Positions 27,600-62,631 of a stretch of 64,000 nucleotides of DNA are shown one piece after another. Origin of the DNA: Chrysomallon squamiferum (lineage: Eukaryota; Animalia; Mollusca). A program made the translations under genes and the position numbers. Below the pieces are notes generated by a model. The model did not search any database. It was given only the letters and a program-made list of their open reading frames with translations, and was not told the origin of the DNA. How positions within the stretch are numbered: position 1 is the stretch's first letter; every line of letters starts with the position of its first letter. The stretch is taken from the NCBI GenBank assembly GCA_012295275.1, contig CM022668.1:8060001-8124000 (forward strand), in the 5' to 3' direction.

Positions 27600-29647
27600 A
27601 CTCTCGGCTCCTTTTGCGTGTCTCAACAAACACACCGGTTTCCAAGACAACAAACAACATCTGTTAATGTGTGGTTTGTTTGTCATACGTCTAGAACTTG
27701 GGCAAAGATTCCGAATGTTTGTGTCTGTATTTCTTTTCAAATGATGGTCAGTGTATTTCAGACTAAGGTTAAGTGACTGCCTTTATCAACAGAAAAGCAA
27801 AAAAAAAAAAAAAAAAAAACCAAACAAACAAAAAGAAGAATTTTGTTCACTATTTTTCACATCTAACGTCTTCTGGTATAATTTTGTGTGGCAGTGTTAA
27901 TAGTTCTGACTGAAGCAATATAAAATATAACATTTTTAAATGATCTTTTAATCTTAGATCTAGACCGCATAGCTAAAATACTACTAATAAAACAAACTCG
28001 CACTAATATGACAATTGTTATTTTTTATAGGATAAAAATAAAGACAATGACGAGATCATTGTTATATTTTCTACTACAGCTGTTGTTCCTGCTGCTGCTT
28101 CTACTACAACTCGGACTATTTCTACAACTACTACTACTACAACTACTAGTACTAAATATACCACTACTACTATTAATTTTACTACTACTGCTACTACTAC
28201 TACTACTATTACAACTATTACTACTATTATTATTGCGACCATTTTTGTTTTCAGTTTGGGTTTTTTCACGACAGTATTAAGTACAGCTAATACAGAACTG
28301 TCACATAGTTCTTCTTTCTAACCTACAAAAATATTTTGAGGTTTTTTCCTCGGTGTTCTACCATCGAGCTCGAGATCTAATACTAACACTTTTCAATTTT
28401 TCTTACTGTGGGTTTCTAGTTCAGTTTTTAGATTAGAAAGATTTTTTTTTTTCTAAAAAAGTATCGTTTATCCTTTGATTAAGTAGACAATCAATGCTTT
28501 TAATTTTATTTTTTTTTCTGGCCGTTTTTCTTTCTTTTCTTTTTTTTCTTACATGCAGAGGGAATTGTTTTGTCTCTTATTTTCATCATAAAACTTCTAA
28601 AAGTAATTGATCATTAATATTTAAATTTATGTTGAACAGTTTACTTTTAGATTGAGTATCAGAGTTTGAAAGAACTGGTATTGCATATTGTTTTACAGTC
28701 TCTAATAATTTCTTTGACCATAAAAGCAAATTATTAAATTTCCAAAATGCGCTGCCTGTTGCAATATCTAAACATTTAATTTCAAATGAGTGATCAGTTC
28801 TTTATTCTTTGTCTATGGGTGCACTACGTTACATTATTCGATTAGATTTGAAACTTCGTTTCTAGCTTTTGGATTATCTATACTGGATACAATATATCAG
28901 TTAACTGTAATGATTACTCGTTACCATTTTCAATTAAAGGTTCCATAAGGTTGTAATATTCAAAAGATGAAAAGAAAAATAGTAACAAAAACACTATGTA
29001 GACAAATGTTAGTCACTCACATTTTCTTTTGTTGTTATTAATTAATTAATTAATTTAATTTTTTTTTTATTGTCTGTAAATTAATTAATGTATTCTTACA
29101 GTGTAATTTTTCTTTCTTCTTCTTCTTCTTCTTATTATTATTATTATTATTATCATCATCATTATTATCACTGTTATTACCTTTATTATTATCATCAATA
29201 TCATCATTATCATTGTCATTATTATTATTAGTAGTAGTAGTTGTTGTTGTTGTTGCTGTTGTTGCTGTTGTCACAGTTGTAGTAATAACAGAAATGATAT
29301 TAATTATCAGTACAGCTACATACACACACTCACAGACCTATATATACAAATATATACATGCATGCATGCACACAGACATACGTACATACATACATATACA
29401 TATAATTTTAACATAATTTATATTTTATTTACGATATAAACTAAGTATTGTAATCTGATTAGAAACCGTAAAAATTAACGTACGTTATTCGGCTAACCAG
29501 AAACTTCTTTCCAGTTTTATAGTTATTTAAATACTTACTTTTAAACAGATTCTAAATGTTATAGTTTCAAATCACTGTCTTATTATTTGCTAAAAACTCC
29601 CAAATAGGGCCTCTACAGCTTCCCACATCTTAGGGTATTGACCTATC

Positions 29648-30590
29648 TTAATCTGGTTTTGGTTTAGGAGAGCCACTTCTAAACCATTTAAGTTTTAAAC
29701 TGCCTCTAACATGGACTTTATCAATCGTCCAAAACGGTTCTTGGTGTGGAAATAGATGATATTTCAAACCGTTTACCACGATCTCGAAATGCAGCCTATG
29801 TTGTCCCTCGAACATGTTTATGCACAGACTCCATGGACAGCCATGTTCCATTCTCAGCACTGGAACTGAACGCGATGTCTGAAACTTTGTAATTATTTAC
29901 ATAAAACCTCATTAAAAAGGCGTGGCAGAACTGCTGAACATATTCGTAACAAAGATACCGGACATTTTCCCTCTTAACGCTAGAGCAGTCACCTCTGTGG
30001 AAGAAGCTACGTCTAGGGGGGCAGGGAGATTGAAACATTCAGCTCAGTCACTGTACGTCTTCTGCTCAACGAGAAGGTGTAATTGTGTAGCTGATAAATC
30101 GTATGCCAGAGCACGAACTGAAAGAAAACTAAATCCGTAGAGCGTCACGTTTGTTAGCGGCATGTCTAGGTAATCGGTGCGTCCTGCGTCATACGTGTGT
30201 TGAGTCATGACGCTGCACGACGGACGATGCAGTCTGTCAACTCGACAAATCGACTGGTTCGGACACGTCGACGATGTACACGGACCGGATATAGAATCCG
30301 ACAGTTCTGTCACGTGACTAATTATTGGATTGTCTTCCTTCCTGTCTGACGTTTTGACTCTTCCTTCTAGCAAGACAGAGCGGAGATTTTTTTTTTCGTC
30401 AAAATTGAAAGTTTGAAGACGAGGATTCATCTTGCAGCTCGCCATACAAGTGAACTGAAAAGAGTTGGGCAGATTTCTAGAACTTTCGTTTCTTTTAACT
30501 GGGTGCCGTTTTTCATTTGTTTGGAGTTTACTCTTGAAGACAAAAAGAAGAACAGTACAGGACATACCAGACTTTTAGCTGACAATTTGG
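29648..30590 (-). pseudogene. Disrupted, apparently intronless gene: signal-peptide-like, PAN/apple-like, EGF-like Cys motif, galectin-like domain
   Basis: Segments in different frames: LVCPVLFFFLSSRVNS; CMASCKMNPRLQTFNFD (PAN-like); CTSSTCPNQSICRVDRLHRPSC; FNLPAPLDVASSTEVTA...ATPF / LMRFYVN...SSSAENGTW; FEIVVNGLKYHLFPHQEPFWTIDKVHVRGSLKL (galectin C-terminal strands). In-frame TGA at 30044-46 and frame changes near 30478, 29914-18 and ~29810-29860. Confidence 0.55.
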
Positions 30591-30675
30591 AAATAACTAA
30601 ATGTTATACAGAATACAAATATAGCGACCCGGTCTGAATGTATTATTCGTTTATTTTTAAAGAGAATGCAGCTTC

Positions 30676-30892
30676 TGAAATTCCAAAATCGGAAACTTTT
30701 TCCGAGCAACAGAAATAATAACATCTTACAGAAATAATATCAATTTTTCGAACTTTTGTTGAAATTAAAGCGTAATGCAACAACCTGTAAAATATTTAGA
30801 CGTAGATTCTATTTTCATGCTATTTCCTTATGTTCCAAAATCCAAAGTATTCCGAAATCTGAAACACTTCCGGACAAAGGATTCTCAACCTG
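30676..30892. mobile_element. Decayed Tigger/pogo-like MITE remnant
   Basis: The right end reads CAGGTTGAGAATCC...GAAGTGTTTCAGATTTCGGA on the minus strand with a flanking TA. Internal CCAAAATC(G/C)GAAA repeats resemble Tigger4/MER46-type ends (recalled, not searched). The left TIR is not clear. Confidence 0.5.
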
Positions 30893-31262
30893 TATTATAA
30901 TCAAATAGTGTAAAAAGTAGAAATGAAAATACATCGTTACATAGAAAGTCTTCCTAGGATGTTGAGGACTTTGGATTCGTTTACATTCGTCTTAAAAATT
31001 TGTTAATTTTTTTTTTTTTTATATAATTTCTATTTATATATATATTACTTTAAAAAAATGTTTAAAACATTTTCGACGATTCGTGAATTTAATACATTCA
31101 GAAAAACAGAATCCAGGAAACATGCCAGAAGACAGGTGACAAAGTGAACAAGATATCATATATGTAAATATTAATAATCATTAAAGTATTTAATGATAAG
31201 AACAATTAGTTAATACGTAGAAAGTTACAGTGTCCAACTAAATTAAAATCTATCTTTTAAGT

Positions 31263-31352
<90 letters not shown>

Positions 31353-31474
31353 GTAGTAGTAGCTGTGTCAGTAGCAGCAATACTAGTCTGTGACGTTTTT
31401 TGTTATTGTTAATGACTGTTAAAGATACTGGGTAATTAATTAGTAACGTTCGTTATATGTCACTAGTAGTAGTT

Positions 31475-31525
<51 letters not shown>

Positions 31526-31614
31526 CTCGTAGTAACCACCGTTACCATCATTATCATTATCACATAATAAATAAATAAATAAATAAATAATACATACATA
31601 CATACATACATACA

Positions 31615-31646
<32 letters not shown>

Positions 31647-32497
31647 CATACATACATACATACATACATAAATAAATAAAATAGCTCATTTATGTAAACT
31701 TATACAAAATGGAATAACATTCCAACATTTTCTACAACTAACATTTTTACATACATACTGTCACTGTAACAGTCAATCTTTCGCGTTAAATAATAATTGA
31801 TATTTGTCGTGCCAGCAAAGAATATATTGTTCAAATAATGTTTTGTTTATAATGTTCTCGATACTGCATTCGCTCAATCTTTAGATAAATAACTTCTTTT
31901 ATTTCTCTAAATTTCTTGTTGTTTTGTTTATCATTATTAATATCGTTTAACCTTTCATTGTCAGGCAGGTGATAATGTACAGTTAGTTGATGGGATGATT
32001 GTTGGTTGATAACAGTTGATGTTTGGTTGATCCGGCTGATTGAAGTTAGGCTGGTTGACTGGTTATTGGTTGGTTGACATCTGGTTGATTGGATTCTTCT
32101 TGTACAGTTAGGTTCTTTGGTTGAGTTTGGTTGTTCAAGTTGATGCAGAGTTACGCTGGATGATTGATGTTTGGCTGAGTGGTATAAATGTAATTAAGAT
32201 GACCGATTGGTTGGTTTTTTCATAGCAGATATACATTCTACTTTATTAATATACTTAGTTAAGTCAACAGGATAAACGAATCAATTGCTACACTATGTCT
32301 TACTTTATTATTATTAAAGCAGGTGAAAGTAAATAATCAACGCATATGTCTTTAGGCATATTCCGTTTTTAAGCAGTTAATAAATAAATAAATAAATAAA
32401 TTAATAAATAAAAATAACATCAGCAATACTGCTACTACTACTACCAACAACAACAACAACTACTACTACTACTACTACTACGACAACAATAACAGTA

Positions 32498-32564
<67 letters not shown>

Positions 32565-32631
32565 AACAACAACTGTGGTCTAAATATATACTGCAAACAT
32601 CCAAATTATGTTTCATTTCGCTTTTTTTTTT

Positions 32632-32663
<32 letters not shown>

Positions 32664-32701
32664 ACGTCACTGCAGATACTGTTGAAGCGATTCATGTAAA
32701 A

Positions 32702-32845
32702 CAATGTTTATCAGCGTGTAAGCAGTCTGAATACGCCATATTAAGGACAGTGTTTATCAGCGTGTAAGCAGTCTGAATATGCCATATTAAGGACAGTGTT
32801 TATCAGGTGTAAGCAGTCTGAATATGCCATATTAAGGACAGTGTT
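32702..32845. repeat. Three tandem copies of a ~46 bp unit (CAGTGTTTATCAGCGTGTAAGCAGTCTGAATATGCCATATTAAGGA)
   Basis: Near-identical copies start at ~32702, 32748 and 32794, about 1.1 kb upstream of the Beclin-1 ATG and just after a TGACGTCA at 32662-69. Confidence 0.9.
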
Positions 32846-32999
32846 TTTTAAACTGACACTGTCAGCAGCAGATTAAATTATTAAAGTCTGACTTGTTTTA
32901 GGAAATAACTTATTGGATACGACCATGCAGATGTTATACACGTACTAAGGTATGTCTTTACCATCTTTCAGAGACCGAGATGGGGACATGTCCCAAAAC

Positions 33000-33021
33000 G
33001 TTTGAGAACCATTGCTCTAAA
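33000..33021. mobile_element. Isolated hAT-Charlie-like terminus
   Basis: GTTTGAGAACCATTG followed by CTCTAAA resembles a Charlie/MER5-type end plus target site. No partner end was found. Confidence 0.3.
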
Positions 33022-33060
33022 GTTATTTCTACTGATGTAAATCTGCGACGTATACATCAA

Positions 33061-33116
<56 letters not shown>

Positions 33117-33495
33117 CCATCCATTTCAGTATATCTATGTATTTGTCTGGATGTCTCTTTGTCCGCCTCTTCATCTGTCCATCTAACAGTTTGGACGTTT
33201 CTCTCTTTCTACGTATGCATATTTCCATCAGTGTCGGTCTTTTTCCTGCGTTCCAAACTGACTTTTTCATATTATATAAACTAAGTAGGAAGGGTGAGGG
33301 GGACTTGAGCCTAGATAAGGGGGTGGTAAAATGTCTTTAGCCTATGGGCGGCAAGCACATTAAATCCAACCCTGTCTATGTATAGAAAGTAAGCATTTAG
33401 AATATGAATATTTTCAATACCAAAAAAAAAAACCATAATAAAATCCAAAGAAATTATTCTTCTTTGAACTTATGAATCAAATCTAGACGATTACC

Positions 33496-33531
<36 letters not shown>

Positions 33532-33880
33532 CATCATCATCATCATCATCATCATCGTCGTCGTCGTCGTCGTCGTCGTCATCATCAATATATTCGAAAC
33601 ATAATGCGTACGTGAGACCCAAATTCAATTTCCTGTTAGCACAGGCAATGAATAGACTGTTCACCGGACGCATATTGTTTTCTCTGTTTCAGTTTTTCCT
33701 TCTTGTTGTCGTAACTCCGTGGAGAAATAGTTCATACAAATACATCTTAGATCTCGATATGTCGAAGTCTATAATTATATCACATTTCCTGATACATAAA
33801 TCTCATAAGTAGCATGTTTATATATTTTTAGATATTAATTTAAGTAACAGATTTTAAGGTGATTTTATTATTTTTTTAAA

Positions 33881-46855
<12,975 letters not shown>

Positions 46856-48909
46856 AACATTAACCAAATATTCTATTCACTCTGTGATCTCACTACATAA
46901 AAATGAAATTTTCTTTCGATAAAATTTCAAGAAAATAAGCGAACTGTTCTGCTGGAAGAAAGGTGCAGGAATAAGTTGTTCATCAGAATAATCTATGACT
47001 GATTTCTGACAGTGGTCCCTTCAGCTGATTTCTCATTCTAACATGTGCTCCTGGACTTGACTAATTAATTACTGTTTATATAAATATCACTTGCAGCTGT
47101 TTGATAAGAATGGTTAGTTTCTTTTCACTTATCATTAAACAAAATAAAACCAAAATTTTCATTTTTCACCTCGCAGATGTGCAGTTTAATTAAATGTGAC
47201 ATTCATGTTTGTGAACATTAATAATGGTGATTCCCTGCACAAATATTGTGTGTCTATACAAATACACACACACACATATATATAGATACATATATGTATA
47301 CATATATAGATACATAAATTCATTTTCTTCCCCCCCACACACACATCTAAGCTCATGCATGGTCTCACTCACTGGAATATAATGATGTATGAGTGTGTGT
47401 TTACCTATTCTATATATATATGAAAATGATTGAATTTATACATGTTAACTATCAAAGAATGTTTATTTAATATTTCTTTACTTTTTTCAGTATCTTCTTT
47501 AATTCTTATCAAATATATAATGTCTTTATAAATATCATATGAGAGGAATTATTTTAATCAGGTAGCACAAACATTTATTTTATATATACCTTTCCAAAGA
47601 CTGATAATAATAATGATAATAATAACAATAACAATAATAATAAAACATTCAGCAAAGATTAATCATGGATATTTCAAATGGGAAATAGTTCATTGAATCT
47701 ATCGACAAGAATTGATCCTGTGTTTCAGATTTCAGGCTTTTCCAAACATTAGATTACAGAGTATTTATTAGTTAAAATAATGCAAACCTAGACTGAGAAG
47801 TATATTTAAAGTGCTTATATGTACATGTATATGTATATGTATTTTACATACATGTGTTAGTGTTTGTATGTATATACAAATATATTCATTGATTAGAAAG
47901 TGTTTTTGTTTTGTTTCAAATTTTCATAATTACCTCTTTGTAAGAGAGGAAGAAATAACAAGTAAATAGGATATTATTTTTAATAAACTTTTTTAATGAA
48001 ATTTTTACTCACTTTAAAAAGATATATAGATAAGTATTGATATTGTCTCAAAGTTACATACAAATTTTATGACCCATATGTGTTGAGAATCAGATAAACA
48101 ACAAAAGAAGGACTAAGAAAGACAGAAAATAAAGACATGGGTTGAAATGAAAAGAAAAGCTTGGATGAAGTGTAAATTGGAGAGGGAAAAAACAAATCCA
48201 GATATTTATGTGTAATTCATATAAAAAATTACAATGTTTATGTTTGACATGATAAACATATAATGTTTATTTACTATAAGATTGATTTTACAAAGTGCAA
48301 TATGTACAAATATTGTTTTGATTTGTATGACAAACAAAAAAAAACTAAAAAAAATAGAAAATAAATTATGTTCTGTTTGACCAGTTTTTGTTCTGTGTTC
48401 TGATGTTACATATATTGGTCTTTCTAAATCCCCTCCTATTACTTAAAGACACATTATTAAAAGATAAAATTTCATAAATATTAATTGTCTGTCCATGTAC
48501 AACTATATTTCTAACCTGTATGTTTCAGTTTTTATATAATTTCTGTCTGGTTTAATGTTAAAAAATAACCTCAATACTATGCTTTATTTAATTGTTTTTG
48601 TTTATATTGTTATTTATATGCATGAAAGAAAGCAAAAAGTAAAATGTTAATAACGTTAAAAATTGCATTAAATTTTTTTCTTTTTCCCAAATAAAACAAA
48701 TTCGCATATTTTTTTTTTTTTTTTTTTTTTGATTGTTTAATGCGTTTTAAGGGAGATAATGTGTCCGAGTCCCCTCCCTTGTTAACTCTTTTATTTCATA
48801 ACATTACAATTGTCAGTTTATACCCACGATTCCTCATCAGATAGTTAACATATTTTTGCATGTTTATTAATAATATAGGCAACCTAGTATTAAATTAAAT
48901 TAACACAAG

Positions 48910-55511
<6,602 letters not shown>

Positions 55512-55571
55512 TTACAAAATGAATATTCAATCAAAATAGCTAATTTATCTCCAGTATTTGTCATTGTTATT

Positions 55572-55619
<48 letters not shown>

Positions 55620-58600
55620 TATTATTTCACCAGCTTTTCAAACACACTGCATTTATTCTTCATTAGCTAGTAGACATTACAAAATTAAACCCTGTTGTAC
55701 ATCAATGTTTTATTTATTTATACATAGACCAAAATGTATATTAAAATAAATTTTATTTCATCCAGTATGATATTTAATAATCCTTTCTAGGGAGTATTTG
55801 GTATAATGAATTTTGTAACTGTGGTGCAAGGTTACTTAATTACTGATTTTGCAGGATGTTTGAATTATACAGGTGGTTGTATACAGCAAGTATGCTGTTA
55901 TGAACTTTAACTTTTTTTGCAATGAGTGGATATTCAAGTCAAAATGTTATTATCATTAACTGAGAAAAGTAGATTTACCCCTCTGCCTTAAAAAAACTTC
56001 TTATTATGCTGCAAGAAGTGGACGCACCCTAGAGACTCCTAAACATAAAACCCAGTAAGTGCTGCCATCTGTTGGCTGGCAGTACATCTGTCTGTCTTGC
56101 TGTACATCTGTCAGTCTTGTTGATTTTGCCAGGATTTATTTTTAATTACTCAGTGAATGGATTAAAGTGTGAGCCTTTTGAACGTTCATAATAACTGACT
56201 AGACAATTTATTTTTGTTATCAGAAAATCTTTTAGTAGATAACTGCTCTGTTACTAAAAACAATATATTTATTCAAAACATAATTTTATTAACAATCAAC
56301 AGTTGTTTTCAGTTCTGCTGCTGCCTACTCCAGAGGCTTTAGATTAATATTACAGTATGGATGTTTCTGTCTATAGGCTGCTTTGTATGTTAATATAGTT
56401 ATGCAGGATTCTTACTATGTCAGAATAATAGAGATTAGTAGTATTTAGAGATTTCTGCCTATAAGTATGGTTGAAGGATTATTATGTAGCAGTTTCTGCC
56501 TAAAGGTTCATTATATAAAAACAAATAACATTACTAAGTATAATACAAGCTTTATCTGTGATACTGTCAGTATGTAATATAAATAAAAAAAAAAAAAAAT
56601 TGTGAAAAATACCTGTATGTTAAAATTTTAGAATCTATTAATTTTTTTTTGCAAATTCTTTTTTATATAACACTAATAGAAATAAAATAATAATAAAATA
56701 ACAAGACTGGATTTTTCATTTAATCTTTTTTTCCTTGTTTCTGGCAGAAATACAAAGATTTTATTTTATATTATTTAAATTTTATTTGTTGACATCTCTG
56801 TATTTAACACTAATATTACTGCCAGTATAAGTCCATTCCACTTGGTATAGAACTGTCTGTCAGATTATTATTAGTTTCAGAGTTTACTTTTTTTTCTATT
56901 AATAACTAAACACATTTTCCCAAAGCCTATACAAGAGTTGAAATCTGTACCAGTATTTTACAAATTTCTCAGAGTTTTACATATTTTACATCATGTTGGT
57001 GTTAATATTTGTTTTGTCTCATTCATAATAAATTTTCATCTTTTATTTTTCCTTAACATCATAACATATTTTATTAATGTTATTCTGATCTGAATTTTTC
57101 TGTATGATACAGAATGGTTGTAATTTGAATATTTTAAATACACATTGTACATAATCTTGTAAATATATTTATTTGTATTGATATTGGTTTAGGTACAGTA
57201 TTTAACTTACTTATTTCTGGGGTTTCAAGGTTGTTGTTTTAATTTTGCTTTTATTTATTTTATTTCATTTCATTGTTTTTAATTTTATTTTACTGTTTTC
57301 AATTTTGTTTTTATTATTTAATTATTTTTATTTTTTATAATTTTTTATTTTTGGGTGTGTGACAATAGTAATTTTTGTTAAATTTATTTTTTGCTTAAGT
57401 TCCACCAGTTTACAAGCAGAAATGGAAGTAACTTATTTGTGAATAAAAATCATGCATTTGTTAAATCCTTTGTATTAAAATCAATGCCCATATTCTGCAA
57501 GTGTTTTCAGTCACAACATTTATGTAATGTTTATTCTGAATTTGATTCTAGTGTTTTACTACTATGCAATGACAACTGCATCTGTAAGACATCTATGAGA
57601 ATCATTTTATTAATTTTTTAATTTATTTATTATTTACATTTTATAATAATTTAAATCTTTCTTTTGTTTCTGTTTTTTTTTTCTTCTCATAGAATTTATT
57701 ACAATATTCTTTTTCTTATTTATGCTAAAATTATTTGCTTTTGGTTTAATTTTCTTTCTTTTCAAGAAGTATAATAATAAACAAAAAGTTGATCTTTATC
57801 AATCTCTATTTCACTGTGTATATTATAAAATAAAGTATATTAACTTAGTAATATGTTCTGTCAGATATATTAGCACTTTATATAATTTATATTCAAATGT
57901 TTTCAAAAAGCTATAATAACAAAATAATTGAATTTTTGTTTAATATACTTATTTGAAGTATACATGTACTGGTACAAACAAATATTTGAATAAAATTCTC
58001 TGTACTTCCAAATTACTATTTTATTATATTTTGGTTGATCTATCAACAATCATAAAAAGAATAACTGTAAAATAATAATTGCAAAACGTCTAAGTGACTT
58101 CCCTTCACAGCTGGCCTTGTGACATCACTACTGATATCACAAACTGATACTGTAGTTTTTCTGACAACACGAGAACAAAATTAAGAGCAAATTTCTCCAT
58201 CCATACGTGACATCAAAAGTAGAGAAAAATATGTATGTTTTTAAGCTATAGACTGTTGTTATCTTTCATTATCAATTAAAATTAAACAGTAAAACAAACA
58301 AAACGAAAATTTGAAATATTGAGAATATATTTAGAGTATTTTTTTCTTAAGAAAGATACAATTTGAAAAAGAGATGCTTAATCCACCCTCATCCTTCTTT
58401 ACTCCTTGGTTCATTTTTCATTTTAGAGATTTCCTTGTTTGGCAAGATACATGAAGATGATAATTTAATTCTTTGTTCATAAGAAAATCCCCAAAAGCCA
58501 TCTGACATCAAATAATCATTTATATAAAATGTATAAATGTGTCTCTTGTTATGTATAAATAACCTGTTAGGAATATGTATGTTGCTATGAATTCAAATCA

Positions 58601-59125
58601 TTATTTTTATGGATATTATGTCTGTGAATAATGGTGCAATGGACATATATTACTGTTGTCATGTGTAGGTATAATTATTTTCATGGATATGTGAGCTGCT
58701 CTGGATGCACATTACTGTTTGTCATACACAGATATAATTGTTTCTATGGATATGAATATCTATGGATACATTTTAGTGTTGTCATAATTCTCATAATACT
58801 ATACATAATAGATTATTCACAACAAAATATATTACTTGCTATAAATATTATTATTATGTAGGTAGATAAGTTACCATGGACACACAAATGTTGCTGTGTA
58901 ATGCTAGACAACGTGCTGTTATAAATACAGTTTTTAATAAAACAAAGGCCAAAAGCTTTATGTTTATTGTATGATAACATTTATAATGTGTGTGATGCTT
59001 CAAGATCTGAAAATAAAAAATAATAAAACAAATAAATAAAAATAATATTTCAGATAATCATAATATATAGAATGTGTGTTTAGTTTTTTCATGAGTCATA
59101 TATATATATATAAATATATGTGTGT

Positions 59126-59179
<54 letters not shown>

Positions 59180-59356
59180 GTATTTATATAATAGAAGAAA
59201 TATTAAATATATTAAATAATTAAATTCAGTAAAACAACTACCGGAATAGAATACCTAAAAAGAACATGAATCTTATTTTACTGCTACTACTATTACTATT
59301 ATTACTAGTAATATCACTATTCCTATTACTACAACTACTACAACCACTACTAATAT

Positions 59357-59466
<110 letters not shown>

Positions 59467-59530
59467 GTTATTATTATTACTATTATTATTATTTAATTTC
59501 TTACCATAATGGCAACTGCACAAACAAATT

Positions 59531-62500
59531 TCATCTTGCACCAAGTAATTCTATTTAAAAAAAATATATATAAATAAAAAAAATAAAAAAATAATTAAAA
59601 TGAAATGAAATAATAATAATAAAAAAATAAAATTGTTTTAAATACATATTAAAGTTTTATTTTCAATAATAATTATACTAAACAGTTCATATTACAGCTT
59701 ATTATACTACAGTTTAACAGAAAATCAACAACTATCCATCAGTAATTTCTATATATTATGTAAAATGAATTCAGTGGATAAATACTTGAATTTGTAGATA
59801 TTGAGGAATATTCTAAATAATTAAACTGTATATTAAAAATTATTAATAAGATTGTGATAGACAAAGTTATGATTTTGAAGAAGATTTGTAAATCGTTTAT
59901 ATCAATGCTTAATAATAAATTTGATTTTAAGGACTAATTATTACAGTCTGCTGAAACAGTTCAATTTATACCAACCCTGCATTTCTGGCATTAGCATCAT
60001 TTCCATACTGCCCATTCCTCCCATCCCAGACTGGGCCCCTGACTGACCTGAAGTTTGGCCTGTGAAAGCACAATTACAAAAATAAACAAAATAAATAAAT
60101 AAATAAATTAATTAACATCCACTATTAAAAATGGTTTCAATTCAAAACTAATTTTTATTTATCATCAGCATCAGTATCATTATATATATATAAATGTAGA
60201 AAAAATATTAAACATAAACTAGACTTCAAGTAAAAATAAAAGTGATACTGGTTTTATTTCTTTTTATTTCATAGAAAATAAAAGATAATAAATAAAACTT
60301 ATTATTTTAGGAAGTATTTTAATTATTATGTTTATATTTTCTGTTGCTAAATCTACATACGTACCTAGCAGCATTAATGGTGCAATATCAGCTAAAATTT
60401 AAAGCAAAAATAAAATAAATTAATAATAATATTATCTACTCAGAAATATATAATTTAATTTGATAAGCATTTTGAATGAGCAAGTACTGGAATGACTTAA
60501 TTTGTTCAGTCATGTTTCAGTTATTTTTTATATTAAAAATAAAACATAACGTCAACTTTTACTTATAAAGTACACATTATTGTGAAATTAATATTGTGAA
60601 AATTAAGTCATCTTTAAATATTATTGTTAATTTTCTTTAATTTTTTTTATAATGCTTGATAGATGTGATTTAATACTACAGTATGACAGTTTGTATTTTG
60701 TTACTGCAATATGACAGCTTGTGTTTAGTACTACAATATGTAAGTTTGTATTTTGGTACTAAAATATGTAAGTTTGTGTTTTAGTACTACAATATGACAG
60801 ATTGTGTTTTAGTACTGCAATATGTAAATTTGTGTTTAGTACCTACAATATATGTAAGTTTGTGTTTTAGTACTGCAGTATTATAGTTTGTATTTTAGTT
60901 CAACAGTACTAAAGCACTACAGTATAACAGTTTGGATTTTAGTACTAAAATATGAAAGATTGCGTTTTACTACTATAATTTTATCACTGTGTGTTTCAGT
61001 ATTGCAGTATGTTTGTATTTTAGTATTATGCTTGATAATACTATTTTACATACCTAACTCGGCACCTGATGTCAGTGCTGAAAGAATGAAAAAAGTTAAA
61101 ATATTTATTTTTAAGTAAGTTGAAGAAAGAACATAAAAATATGCAGCTACAAACACACAGACACATATATACAGCTATATTAAACATAAATACCAAACAC
61201 TCAGATGCACAGATACACAACAGATACTTTTAGATAGAAACTGCTATAAAATATACTCAGTAAAACACAAATATATGCACATATGTACATAACAGTAGAA
61301 TTAGAAATAGTTGATATTTACATATTATACTTTAACATCTACACAGATTTACAACTGCAGAAAATCGTACTCACCCATCGAAGCATCTAAACAAAAATAA
61401 AAAATAAAACATAATTTAAAAAATTCAAATATTTTTAAAAATCATTTTAATGTACCCTTTATGTATATGTGAATATATGTAAATAGAAAATTATTTTAAT
61501 TAATAAAATGTTAAAATAATAGTTTATCTATATATATCAAAATAAATACTATAAATAAACTACTATTTTTCCATTTTAATGTGTTATTAACAGAATGTTT
61601 CCTTTACTTCTTTTGTCAGTTTCAGAAACCAAGTTTTTAATATATAGATATATAAGTTTATTATATTTTAAATAAATTGAAAATTTTACTTACATGGATT
61701 TTTATGTAATTGAGGATTCATCCCTAGAAATAAAAAATAAAACAATTTATTTATTTTTTTATTTACAGAAAATACTAGCCCATTTCTGTATTATAATAAT
61801 TAATATTTTATATTATACAAAAAAAGAGGTATCTCCTATTGTGTCTCAGAACGCAAGTAAATTACTCCACACATGCTTTTCTACATACAAGTTTCTACAT
61901 ACTTTTAATCTACATGGAACACTATTTGGAACGGGAAATAAATATTCACAAACGTTAATATTGTATTCATCATTATGATTATCCACTAATCATATATTAA
62001 TTTAATGTTTAATGTGTTTATCCACGTTTGTACATAAGAATGATTTTAAAAATATATATCGAGTACTGATCTTGAACTGGAAATAATGAATAGTAATTAA
62101 TGACATAGTTATCATTATGACTATCAATTGATCACATCACAGATTTAACATTTAATGTGTCTATATCAATTTGAATGGTTAAGGCACATTTGATAGCTCG
62201 TTTTCAGTCATAAAATATACTTACCATACATAAGTAAGGCTGGTGGAAGCTCAGCTGAAAGTTAATAATTAAAATATTCTGTTTACTAATTTGCATATGC
62301 ATAAGTAAAATATTTTTCCGCTTGAATAATTAAATAATCAATATATTCTCAATACTTGTTTGTGTACAGAAAAACAAACATACATACTTACAAACAAACA
62401 TACACACATTAAAGCATACACAAACAAATAAACAAACATACACACATTTTAAAGGTCAATTAAACAATAAATAATACTTTCTAATAACGTTTTTAATTAC

Positions 62501-62579
62501 TTTTACAAGCAGCAAAGAATATGATTTTTTTAACTGTTTTACTTTTTTAAAGAGAACAAATAATTTAAAGGCAAAAGGT

Positions 62580-62631
<52 letters not shown>

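Noticed and set aside
30044-30046. Selenocysteine or A-to-I recoding of the in-frame TGA
   Set aside because: Additional frameshifts and lost cysteines in the same block point to decay; no SECIS was recognised.
31965-32220. Gln/Pro/Asn-rich coding sequence on the minus strand
   Set aside because: Degenerate (GGTT/GGTTGA)-type low-complexity DNA with stops and no convincing splice sites.
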